Shown: positions 1 through 8,314 of the stretch, one piece after another
Position numbering within the stretch: position 1 is the first letter of the stretch
Layout: the number at the start of each line of letters is the position of its first letter
Source: Bdellovibrionales bacterium
Lineage (GTDB): Bacteria; Bdellovibrionota; Bdellovibrionia; Bdellovibrionales; JAMPXM01
Assembly: GCA_043739185.1 (NCBI GenBank)
Contig: JAYUEN010000075.1
Span: 1 to 57,685 of the forward strand
Reading direction: 5' to 3'
DNA: 57,685 nucleotides
Notes under the pieces: model-generated
Databases searched by the model: none
The model's input: only the letters and a program-made list of their open reading frames with translations
Told to the model about the DNA's origin: nothing
Made by a program: the position numbers and the translations under genes

Positions 1-1
1 T

Positions 2-178
2 ACAAATTTGGGAGTTGCTGAAGAAAATATGTCAGCAGCAAACAGCCGAATTCGTGACACGGATGTAGCGAATGCTTCTGCTGAAATGACTCGTAACAAT
101 ATCTTGTTACAAGCTGGTACTGCTTCATTAGCTCAGGCCAATCAAAAGGACAATTTAGCTCTTAAATTGATCGGTTGA
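2..178 (+). CDS. fliC: Flagellin, C-terminal fragment (5' end outside window)
   Basis: Frame 2 translates TNLGVAEENMSAANSRIRDTDVA...ILLQAGTASLAQANQ...ALKLIG*, the conserved flagellin C-terminal helix. Confidence 0.95.
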   Translation, partial: TNLGVAEENMSAANSRIRDTDVANASAEMTRNNILLQAGTASLAQANQKDNLALKLIG

Positions 179-203
179 TCCCTAAATATATAAGTTGGAT
201 TTG

Positions 204-239
204 AAACTCGACCCCTTAAATGGAGTCGAGTTTTTTTTT
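204..239 (+). terminator. Intrinsic terminator after flagellin
   Basis: Stem AAACTCGAC/GTCGAGTTT followed by a T run. Confidence 0.85.
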
Positions 240-293
240 GCCAAAAAATACTTTTTGAACTGAAGTATTCCAATAAATTTAATGCCTTAAGTA

Positions 294-321
294 TTTAGTT
301 TTGAGAGTTTTGTTCCGACAA
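294..321 (+). promoter_or_regulatory. Putative sigma28 (FliA) promoter
   Basis: TTTAG-N15-TCCGACAA upstream of ORF 434; same spacing as other copies in window. Confidence 0.55.
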
Positions 322-433
322 AACATCAGCTTACAAGATTCACAAACAGCCCTTTGGAGACCTAAGAATAGTCAGTGTTTGGTCCCACAACCAAACAAGG
401 CCCAACAAAGCCCAACAAAGCCTAGGAGGCGAA

Positions 434-1150
434 ATGAAAAAATACATCTTACTTACAAGCTTAAGCTTTTTGATGTTTGCATGCGGAGCAAGTAGTCCGT
501 ATACCGGCACTACGACTAATGGCGCTTCAGGAGCCGGCGGAACCACTCCCACTCCCACTCCTCCAGATAATTCTGCCTGGAATAACTTCAATTTTACGGC
601 CACGATTACAGGCGGTTCAAGTTCAAACTTTTTGTCGGTTACAATCGACAAAATCAAGAAGACCATTACGCTTAGCCTACCGCTGCCATTTGATTCGAGC
701 ATTGCAGGGATATTAGAGAAAGCCACTATTCCCGCTATCAACGGCGCAAGCATATCTTTTGGTCAACTTCCGGACCTTACTCCGGTTTTGACGGTCACTT
801 TGCCCCTTTCAGCGATTGCTAATGGAGTGACGGGTTTGCCAACCTCAAGCCTTCCAAACGGCGACCCTATCCCAGGTATGCCGGCAAATGCAGAACCAAG
901 TACTCAAGTGACGGTAGGCAATGGCAAGATACCGGTTTATGTTTATGTAGGACAAATGTCGATAGGCCTATTTGTTAATACGCCCTTTGACCCAACTATT
1001 TCAACGCATTTTCAGTTAACCGACAATGATGGCAATTCAGCAGGCGGACTCTACTCTATTCCGTATAAAGCGCCCAATAAAGACGGCGGATTTTTCTTAA
1101 ACGTAAATGTCCCAAGTCAATTTACTAAGCTCATCTTGAGTAACCTTTAA
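434..1150 (+). CDS. Hypothetical lipoprotein
   Basis: AGGAGG RBS, signal peptide ending MFAC, G/T/P linker then beta-rich domain. Confidence 0.8.
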   Translation: MKKYILLTSLSFLMFACGASSPYTGTTTNGASGAGGTTPTPTPPDNSAWNNFNFTATITGGSSSNFLSVTIDKIKKTITLSLPLPFDSSIAGILEKATIPAINGASISFGQLPDLTPVLTVTLPLSAIANGVTGLPTSSLPNGDPIPGMPANAEPSTQVTVGNGKIPVYVYVGQMSIGLFVNTPFDPTISTHFQLTDNDGNSAGGLYSIPYKAPNKDGGFFLNVNVPSQFTKLILSNL

Positions 1151-1163
1151 GCGACCTCTATTT

Positions 1164-1187
1164 ACTCGGCGAAAAGCTTCGCCGAGT
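1164..1187. terminator. Stem-loop downstream of lipoprotein gene
   Basis: ACTCGGCGAA-AAGC-TTCGCCGAGT perfect 10-bp stem, no clear U-tract. Confidence 0.5.
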
Positions 1188-1374
1188 TCCCCACTCCTAT
1201 CGGTACCAAAGTCAGCTGGGTATCCAGCTTAGAAGCTGCCTGGCGTCTGATGCATTTTTTGCTAGGCAACTAATTGAATATTGGTTTAAATTGAATAGTC
1301 TTATTTTGAATTTATAAATAAAACTCTGGCGTTACAAAATGTAACGAAGAGAGACGTCTAATAAGGAGATAGTC

Positions 1375-1788
1375 ATGGCCAAGAAGAAGAAAAAAGCGCC
1401 CGCTAAAAAAGCTACAAAAAAAGCTACAAAAAAGGCGTCTAAAGCAACTAAAAAAGCAGCTCCAAAAAAGGCAACTGCAAAAAAAGCAACCGCAAAAAAA
1501 GCAGCTACTAAAAAAGCAGCTCCAAAAAAGGCGACTGCAAAAAAAGCAACCGCAAAAAAAGCGGCTACTAAAAAAGCAGCTCCAAAAAAGAAAATGAGCC
1601 CAGAGGCACATGACGCCGATCATTCTCCGATGGCCCATACAGGAGAAACTGGTGCGCATACGGCACTTAGTGGTCTTGAAGATGAACTTGATGATGAAGG
1701 CTTTGGAACAACTGAAGTTGAACACTTCGAAGAAGAAGGCGACGACGACGAAGAAGTTGAAGGCGACGATGACGAAGGTTATTTTTAA
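1375..1788 (+). CDS. Histone H1-like (KKAA/KKAT-repeat) protein with acidic C-terminal tail
   Basis: AAGGAG RBS; pentapeptide KKA(A/T)x repeats, His-containing linker, then D/E-rich tail. Confidence 0.85.
   Translation: MAKKKKKAPAKKATKKATKKASKATKKAAPKKATAKKATAKKAATKKAAPKKATAKKATAKKAATKKAAPKKKMSPEAHDADHSPMAHTGETGAHTALSGLEDELDDEGFGTTEVEHFEEEGDDDEEVEGDDDEGYF
1441..1590 (+). repeat. 60-bp tandem repeat (~2.5 copies) encoding Lys/Ala repeats
   Basis: Sequence lines 1441, 1501 and 1561 are near-identical. Confidence 0.9.
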
Positions 1789-1790
1789 AT

Positions 1791-1867
1791 AAAAAAAACC
1801 TGCTCCTTTTACAGAGGCAGGTTTTATAAAAATCATTTCACTTCCTGCTTTCGCTTTCGAAAGCAGG
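1791..1867. terminator. Bidirectional terminator plus second hairpin between convergent genes
   Basis: AAAACCTGC/GCAGGTTTT stem with flanking A and T runs (1791-1825); CCTGCTTTCG/CGAAAGCAGG stem (1844-1867). Confidence 0.75.
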
Positions 1868-1877
1868 TCAGCTTAGC

Positions 1878-2936
1878 TTACTTCTCTGATTTTGCATGCG
1901 AAGAATACTTTTCAAACTCACCATATTCATGAAGTTTATTGTATAAAGTCTTAATGGTAATTCCCAAAGCATTGGCGGCCTGAGTTTTATTTCCATCAAA
2001 GTGATTCAAAGCTTTGATGATGAATCCTCGCTCTAAATTATAAAGTGTGATTGTTGGATCATAATCTTCACTCATTATTTTGCTTTCTGGATTGATAATA
2101 TTTTCAGGCAAATCACCAGTCATAATCGTGTGGCCATCAGCAAGAATTTGTAATCTCTCGCAAACGTTTTGCAATTCACGAATATTTCCTGGCCAGTCAT
2201 AACGAACCAATATTTTCATTGCGTCTTCGCTCATCACGCGTCCACGATTCAAAATGCGGTGATTTCCGCGAGAAAGAAAATAGTCGACTAAAAGCGGAAT
2301 ATCTTCTTTGCGACGACGAAGTGGTGGCGCCAGCAATGTGATAGTATTAATACGATAGTAAAGATCTTCTCTAAATACGCCTTTGGTGACGTCCACATCC
2401 AATTCTCGATTGGTAGCCGAAATCAAGCGAATGTCGACTTTAATTGGATCTTTGCCACCAACACGAATGATTTCACCTTCTTGAATGAAGCGTAAAAGCT
2501 TTGCTTGAATGCCGGGACTGAGCTCACCAATTTCATCTAAAAATAGCGTTCCTCCACTTGCAGCCTCTGCTAAACCAATTTTACGAGTATAGGCGCCAGT
2601 AAAAGCACCTTTTTCGTGTCCGAATAATTCACTCTCCAAAAGAGTCTCTCTTAGGGCACCACAATTGATGGCCACAAAAGGCTTTGAACTTCTTTGGCTG
2701 CGTTCGTGAATTGCTCGAGCCACCAACTCCTTACCGGTACCGCTCTCGCCTAATATCAAGATGGTCGCACCCGATGGAGATACTCGATCAATCATTTTCA
2801 TAAGATTCTTCATGATCTCAGACTTGTAAACGATCGACTTTGGCTCCGCTACATTATTTCTAAAGCCTGAGTCCCCTGAAATCTGGGCCATGCTCGCGGG
2901 AGTGGGTAGAATCGGAGTATTTTCAATTTGTGACAT
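1878..2936 (-). CDS. Sigma54-dependent Fis-family transcriptional activator (AAA+ and HTH, no receiver domain)
   Basis: GESGTGKE Walker A, GAFTGA loop, LFLDEIG Walker B, C-terminal NKTQAANALGI HTH; start placed at ATG 2936 after AAAGGCGG. Confidence 0.93.
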   Translation of the reverse strand: MSQIENTPILPTPASMAQISGDSGFRNNVAEPKSIVYKSEIMKNLMKMIDRVSPSGATILILGESGTGKELVARAIHERSQRSSKPFVAINCGALRETLLESELFGHEKGAFTGAYTRKIGLAEAASGGTLFLDEIGELSPGIQAKLLRFIQEGEIIRVGGKDPIKVDIRLISATNRELDVDVTKGVFREDLYYRINTITLLAPPLRRRKEDIPLLVDYFLSRGNHRILNRGRVMSEDAMKILVRYDWPGNIRELQNVCERLQILADGHTIMTGDLPENIINPESKIMSEDYDPTITLYNLERGFIIKALNHFDGNKTQAANALGITIKTLYNKLHEYGEFEKYSSHAKSEK

Positions 2937-3157
2937 TTTCGTTCCGCCTTTATTGGTTTGAGGTGTCTGGCGCACAGCAATACATTAGCCTTGTGAGCTT
3001 CCCACTTGCCCCCTCCGCCACTGTCTGCGAAATTGACAACTGTATATAATTAATGCTGTGCGACACGATGGAAATTACACGGTGTATAAAAAATATGCAA
3101 GCAATTTTTTCAAGAGTTCAGGTAGTCTATACATATTTTCAATTAGGGTGACGATAA

Positions 3158-4069
3158 TTGGCACAAAAAAACGCTGAAATTAGCTATGCTGAACTCACTG
3201 TCAAATTTCTTAAACACTTAGAATTAGTGAAATCTTGTTCACAGCATACGCTGCGAGCTTATAAAAGTGACCTTGAACAAGCCTTCGGGAATCTCCCTCA
3301 AAAAAAATTTATTTCGGAAAAATTTATCGATAACTGCAGATCGGCGATGACCACTTGGGCACAACTTTCAATGAATTCTCGCAACCGCAAGCTTGGCAGT
3401 CTCAAAAGCTTTGCGGCATTTTTGTTTGAGCATAATTATATTTCGGAGGATTTAAGAGTTTTTCTTCAAGGACCTAAGACTCAGCAAAAAATACCGCATT
3501 TCATCTCAGTCGATGAAGCACTCTTATTGATTCAAAAAATGAAGACCGAGCTGGATGCACAACAAAATAGCGAAGATAGAGTCGCTTTGCTGAGAGATTA
3601 TGTTTTGGTCTTACTCTTATATGGCGGAGGCCTTCGTGTTAGTGAGGCTTGTGAGCTCTTATCTCAAAATATTTCTTTTGAAACGAAGACCATTCGAATT
3701 CTTGGCAAAGGCAACAAAGAACGCTTGGTAGCACTATCTCCAATGGTGTTTCGTGCTCTTAAGATGCTCTATAATTCGAGGAGCAAATGGATTTGGGGAG
3801 ATCAGCCACTTCATACTCGAAAAGCCTATGATCGCATTCGTTTTTGGGGGCTTAAAGTTGGAATTTCTACGCCCCTACACCCCCATGCGCTCAGGCACAG
3901 TTATGCCACTCATTTGCTTAGCAGTGGCGCAGGACTTCGAAGTTTGCAGGTGCTGCTGGGTCATACAAGCTTAACCGCGACTCAAAAATACACGCATATT
4001 GCAACCAACCAAATTGCAGATATGTTAGATCAGCACCATCCACTTGCGAGCTTAAAAAAAAATTCGTAG
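3158..4069 (+). CDS. XerC/XerD-family tyrosine recombinase
   Basis: S..T..AY..DL N-terminus, GLRVSE, GKGNKER, HPHALRHSYATHLL, LLGH, TQKYTH. Confidence 0.92.
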   Translation: MAQKNAEISYAELTVKFLKHLELVKSCSQHTLRAYKSDLEQAFGNLPQKKFISEKFIDNCRSAMTTWAQLSMNSRNRKLGSLKSFAAFLFEHNYISEDLRVFLQGPKTQQKIPHFISVDEALLLIQKMKTELDAQQNSEDRVALLRDYVLVLLLYGGGLRVSEACELLSQNISFETKTIRILGKGNKERLVALSPMVFRALKMLYNSRSKWIWGDQPLHTRKAYDRIRFWGLKVGISTPLHPHALRHSYATHLLSSGAGLRSLQVLLGHTSLTATQKYTHIATNQIADMLDQHHPLASLKKNS

Positions 4070-4127
4070 CCACTGTCGCAGGCTTTAGGATAATTTAGTC
4101 TGAACAAAACGACCGAGTGAGCCCAAA

Positions 4128-4658
4128 ATGAAAAAAGCTATATTCTTTGACCGCGACGGAACTCTCATTATTGACAAGGTTTATTTAAACGATGTGAACC
4201 AAGTGGAGTACCTGCCCGGGGTTTTCAATGCGCTGAAAAGCCTGCAAAGTTCAGGTTTCATTTTTATCGTGGTGACCAATCAATCTGGAGTGGCACGTGG
4301 TTTAGTTGATCTCAAAAATATTGAACTGATTCACGACAAAATAAAATCTGACTTTGCCAAGAATGAAATACATTTTGCAGGTTTTTACTTCGCGCCTTAC
4401 TCTGTCGAAAGCAATCATCCGATGCGCAAACCCAATCCCGGAATGCTTGAAGTCGCAACTCAAGAACACAAGATTGACCTTTCAAAGAGTTGGATGGTAG
4501 GCGACCGCATGACCGATGTCGAAGCCGGTCGTCGAGCCGGAACCCGAACGATCCTACTTGCAGGAGTGGATCACCCTGAGAATTCTCAATTTGATAAACC
4601 CACGGCCTTTGTTCCAGATCTCTTAGCTGTCGCGGAATATATAATAGAAACACCTTAA
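4128..4658 (+). CDS. gmhB: D-glycero-D-manno-heptose 1,7-bisphosphate phosphatase (HAD family)
   Basis: FFDRDGTL, VTNQSGVARG, RKPNPGM, MVGDRMTD motifs. Confidence 0.85.
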   Translation: MKKAIFFDRDGTLIIDKVYLNDVNQVEYLPGVFNALKSLQSSGFIFIVVTNQSGVARGLVDLKNIELIHDKIKSDFAKNEIHFAGFYFAPYSVESNHPMRKPNPGMLEVATQEHKIDLSKSWMVGDRMTDVEAGRRAGTRTILLAGVDHPENSQFDKPTAFVPDLLAVAEYIIETP

Positions 4659-4720
4659 AATTATTCGTATCAAAATGAAGTTATCATAGAGAGATTCCCT
4701 CCCCCTCCTTTCAATATTTG

Positions 4721-4748
4721 TTGAGATCATTATCGTTAAAACCGATAG
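4721..4748 (+). promoter_or_regulatory. Putative sigma28 (FliA) promoter
   Basis: TTGAG-N15-ACCGATAG 47 nt upstream of ATG 4796. Confidence 0.5.
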
Positions 4749-4795
4749 GAATAGAGTGGTTTTATATCAGTCTAAGCGCATCGCGGAGGTTTTTC

Positions 4796-6097
4796 ATGGT
4801 CTCGGCTCTCGCAAAATGGATCTTAATTTTCGTATGTCTTAGCTTCATTTTTGTTGAGAATTCATCCGCCGCCTGCGGAAAGTTTGTGGTCGTCAAGGGC
4901 GATATCCAAATTGATTTAATCAAAACTCAAAAATCTGAAAAGGCCAAAGTTAATTCTGAAATATGTGCGGGCGACAGTGTCAGTGCGGGAAAAGAAGCAC
5001 GCGCTAAAATCATTATGGTCGACGGAAACGAACTCAATATTTCACCTGAAACCAAATTGACAATCGAAGGTTACGAATATCAGCCCGATCAAGATAAAAA
5101 GAAAGTCTTGCTGAATGTTTTGTTTGGAAAAGTGCGCGCCAACGTAAAACAAAAATACGATGATAATCCTGGCGATTCGGCCTCTAATTCATTTCAAGTC
5201 AAAACAAAATCAGCGGTTGCCGGCGTTAGGGGAACAGACTTTTTAACGTCTTTCAATCAATCGACAGGAAAATCCGAAGTGGTTACGTTTTCAGGAAAGG
5301 TCGATGTTGGTCAGTCCGGGCCCAACGGAAAAATTATCAATTCAGTATCTGTAGGGGCCGGCCAAAAAACAATCGCAGCTCCTAATATGCCGCCCGCACC
5401 ACCCGTCAATGTTCCGCCGGGCGAGTTAAAACAATTGAACAATTCGACTAGCGCTTCAAATACTCAACCGAATGCTAACGCGGGTTCTTCAAACTCCAAC
5501 GCTAAAAATTCAGACGCGAAAGATTCTAAGGATTCTAAAGATTCGCCAAAAGACTCGCCAAAAGACTCAGGTAAAGACACAAAAGATTCGCCTAAAGACA
5601 CTGCTGCCTCAAAAGACTCTCCGAAAGACTCTCCGAAAGACTCTCCTAAAGATTCGCCTAAAGATTCGCCTAAAGATGCAAAGTCATCCACTTCGAATTC
5701 GGGTTCGAGCGGAAGCTCAGCTGCCCCTTCAGCCAACAATGCGGCGCCTTCGACCAGCGGATCAGCCAATTCACCGTCATCAGGTGAGCGTTCGCCTGCA
5801 GCTACAGCGCCGGCGCCAGCACCAGTGATGGCACCTGCGCCGATCATGGCGCCAAATATGCCCGCAGGAATGGGGCCTAGTATTGGAGCCTCGATGATTG
5901 ACTCAAGTGATTTAGGCGGCGCTGCAGGCAGCAAGGCGCCAAACTTTAGTAGTAGTCCAGTAGCCAATATTCCAAATTTACCAATCGTGGCTACGGCACC
6001 GCCTATTGTGCAACCTCCGGTCTGTAACTTTTGTAATACAGTCATTCAAACGGGTGGTCCGGCTGTGATCAATATTTCAATTATCCCGCATAAATAA
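4796..6097 (+). CDS. Exported FecR-domain protein with low-complexity KDSP/Ser-Ala-Pro region
   Basis: GGAGG RBS, signal peptide, F.VKT.SAVAGVRGTDF FecR motif, long repetitive linker, C-terminal CxxC. Confidence 0.85.
   Translation: MVSALAKWILIFVCLSFIFVENSSAACGKFVVVKGDIQIDLIKTQKSEKAKVNSEICAGDSVSAGKEARAKIIMVDGNELNISPETKLTIEGYEYQPDQDKKKVLLNVLFGKVRANVKQKYDDNPGDSASNSFQVKTKSAVAGVRGTDFLTSFNQSTGKSEVVTFSGKVDVGQSGPNGKIINSVSVGAGQKTIAAPNMPPAPPVNVPPGELKQLNNSTSASNTQPNANAGSSNSNAKNSDAKDSKDSKDSPKDSPKDSGKDTKDSPKDTAASKDSPKDSPKDSPKDSPKDSPKDAKSSTSNSGSSGSSAAPSANNAAPSTSGSANSPSSGERSPAATAPAPAPVMAPAPIMAPNMPAGMGPSIGASMIDSSDLGGAAGSKAPNFSSSPVANIPNLPIVATAPPIVQPPVCNFCNTVIQTGGPAVINISIIPHK
5519..5680 (+). repeat. 12-bp tandem repeats encoding (KDSP)n
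   Basis: Repeated AAAGA(T/C)TC(G/T)CC(A/G/T) units. Confidence 0.85.
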
Positions 6098-6190
6098 TTT
6101 GGTCATTACCTAAACGTAAGTTTGGGTGGTTTCGACATTGGTATTTCTTATTCGACAATTTTTAGTTTACACTGATGGTCCATCTAAAAT

Positions 6191-8314
6191 TTGGAGATCA
6201 TCGTGTTCATTCGCAAGCTGTTTGTATTTACCTTTTGTTTTCACTTTGCTCAAATGGCCCTGGGTGCAGAAACCACTACTCACGATGCGCGAGTTCCAAT
6301 CGATTCCTCAAAAATGATCAAACTCACTTATGGTTATCCGCCATGGAATAAGAGCGCAGAAAAAATTGATTCTGCTGCGATTATTCTTCGTGAGGGCAAA
6401 ACCGGTCGAACCATACAAATAAATGTCGAAGAGACCGAGCCAGATTCTTCGATTTTTTCAGGGCTTTACTCCTTAAGTCTCAATAATCTTCAGGCCCTTT
6501 CTCCCGAATTTTACATACCACCCCAAGAGCTCTTAGATTCGCAAACCGGAATGAATAAAATTACCGAAATGATTAAGTCCGGCGAGCTTAAGAGAAAAGC
6601 CTTTATTCTGAGACGCTATAAAAATGGACTTCAAGTAGTTGAAATCTACGACTCTAAAGACCAAGCAAAATTAGCCATGCGCGCTTTCCGCGCTGAAGAA
6701 GAACTCACGGATTTGAGAAATCGCCCGCTTATCGCGCGAAGTGCTCTTGATGCTGGCGCACTTGCCGAGCAAATTGAAGAGCAAAAGCGCGCGGCCCAAT
6801 CTCTTATTGAGCGCGCCAGGCTCGAACAAATTGAGGCACTCAAAGCGTCTGAAAATGTTAAAAAATTTGAGCTTATGAATGCCAAACAAAAGAAGGCAAA
6901 AAGAGATTTGGCAGCCGATCAAGCCAAAAATGCATTAGCAGACTATCAAAATTCGAAGAATGATGACGCCCTTAAAAAATTTGAAAATGCGGTCGAAGCG
7001 GACCCTGAAAACAATTCTTATTATTTTCAATACGGAATCAGTCTTTACAAAGCCGAACAGTTCAATCGTTCGCTTGTCATGCTCGATCTCGCTCAAGATT
7101 CTGATCATATGCAACAAAGTGCAATTGATATGGCTGAGGTGAATTATTATATTGGACTCAATAATTATCGCCTTAAACTTTATCGAGATGCGATTGCAGC
7201 TTTTGAAAAGGTGGTCGCATCTAAAAATGCACTCTTGGCCGGCTCAGCGCAATTTTATATTGCGGTCAGCATTTTTGAACAATTAGATTATAAAAAGGCT
7301 CTCGAAAAATTTCAATTGGTGCTTGATAATTCAAAAGATCCAAAATTAGATGCGCGCGCAGAACAGTACATCGAGCAAATTTTACGCGTTCAACAGTTCG
7401 AAGCAGAAAGAGCTCGCAAGTGGTATCTCGCGGCTACGATTGGACTTATCAATGACTCCAATGTTATTTTTGCTTCCGACACCTCGATTCAAAATACGCC
7501 TTCAAATGCGGCTGGCGAGCGCTTACTCACTCTCGGAAGCCTGAGATATCGCCCGATATATGAAGCCGATCATGAGTTCGCAACTCAATTGGATATTACA
7601 AATATTTACACCAGCGATAGCAGTATGAAATATAGTCAAACCTTGCGAAATACCGATCCATTTTTAGTCGACCTCACCTTTCCCTATACCATTAAAGGGG
7701 TCTTTCTAGAGAAAGGCTTCAAGCTAGATATTGTTCCGGGTTATGAGTCACTCTCAATGAGTGTCGATAGCAATTCTGAAAAAGTCATTTTGACCTCTTA
7801 TATGCTCAAAGGACTTAGCACCATCATCATGAATGAGAACTGGTTTGCCAATTGCAATTTTGAATTGCGACAAGATATTGCAAGTCTCAATGCCTCTGTT
7901 GGTGACGATGATGAGTCTGCTATCAACATAAAATTAAGTGATGCGAATTTGTTTTTCTTAAATAAAGAAAAAAGTAAAATATTTTCTCTCGACGCCGGCT
8001 TCACCCACAACAGTGCAGTTGGTAAAAACTTTGTCTTTGACCGTTTTGATTTGGGTACGGGTTATATTACAAAATCCTTCTGGGATACGATGTTCAATTC
8101 AAAACTCTCTTATTATCTGCTCAATTACAGCGCCAATTCGAGTGCTCGTCTCGACAATAGCTATACATTAGCGGCTGGCTTTAGCAAAAAATTAAATGAA
8201 GCGCTGACCGCAGGTTTCAACGGGAGCTACAATATTAATAGCTCGAATATCGACGCCTATGCTTACAAAAAATACACATTCTTATTAACCCTTTCTTATG
8301 GAAAAGGCTTTTAA
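6191..8314 (+). CDS. TPR-repeat protein with C-terminal outer-membrane beta-barrel
   Basis: Signal peptide, TPR-like helices (YFQYG, YYIG, A.FYIA), alternating beta-strand C-terminus ending LSYGKGF. Confidence 0.8.
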   Translation: MEIIVFIRKLFVFTFCFHFAQMALGAETTTHDARVPIDSSKMIKLTYGYPPWNKSAEKIDSAAIILREGKTGRTIQINVEETEPDSSIFSGLYSLSLNNLQALSPEFYIPPQELLDSQTGMNKITEMIKSGELKRKAFILRRYKNGLQVVEIYDSKDQAKLAMRAFRAEEELTDLRNRPLIARSALDAGALAEQIEEQKRAAQSLIERARLEQIEALKASENVKKFELMNAKQKKAKRDLAADQAKNALADYQNSKNDDALKKFENAVEADPENNSYYFQYGISLYKAEQFNRSLVMLDLAQDSDHMQQSAIDMAEVNYYIGLNNYRLKLYRDAIAAFEKVVASKNALLAGSAQFYIAVSIFEQLDYKKALEKFQLVLDNSKDPKLDARAEQYIEQILRVQQFEAERARKWYLAATIGLINDSNVIFASDTSIQNTPSNAAGERLLTLGSLRYRPIYEADHEFATQLDITNIYTSDSSMKYSQTLRNTDPFLVDLTFPYTIKGVFLEKGFKLDIVPGYESLSMSVDSNSEKVILTSYMLKGLSTIIMNENWFANCNFELRQDIASLNASVGDDDESAINIKLSDANLFFLNKEKSKIFSLDAGFTHNSAVGKNFVFDRFDLGTGYITKSFWDTMFNSKLSYYLLNYSANSSARLDNSYTLAAGFSKKLNEALTAGFNGSYNINSSNIDAYAYKKYTFLLTLSYGKGF

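Noticed and set aside
1312..1836. Minus-strand 174-aa Phe/Cys-rich ORF
   Set aside because: Antisense shadow of the Lys/Ala-repeat gene
2976..3157. dif site next to the Xer recombinase
   Set aside because: AT-rich but no recognisable XerD arm (TTATGTTAAAT-like)
3158..4069. Tyrosine recombinase as integrase of a prophage or island
   Set aside because: XerC/D-like size and motifs, core-gene neighbours, no att repeats, tRNA or phage genes seen
5464..6045. Minus-strand GESF/GESL-repeat ORF
   Set aside because: Antisense shadow of KDSP repeats in the FecR gene
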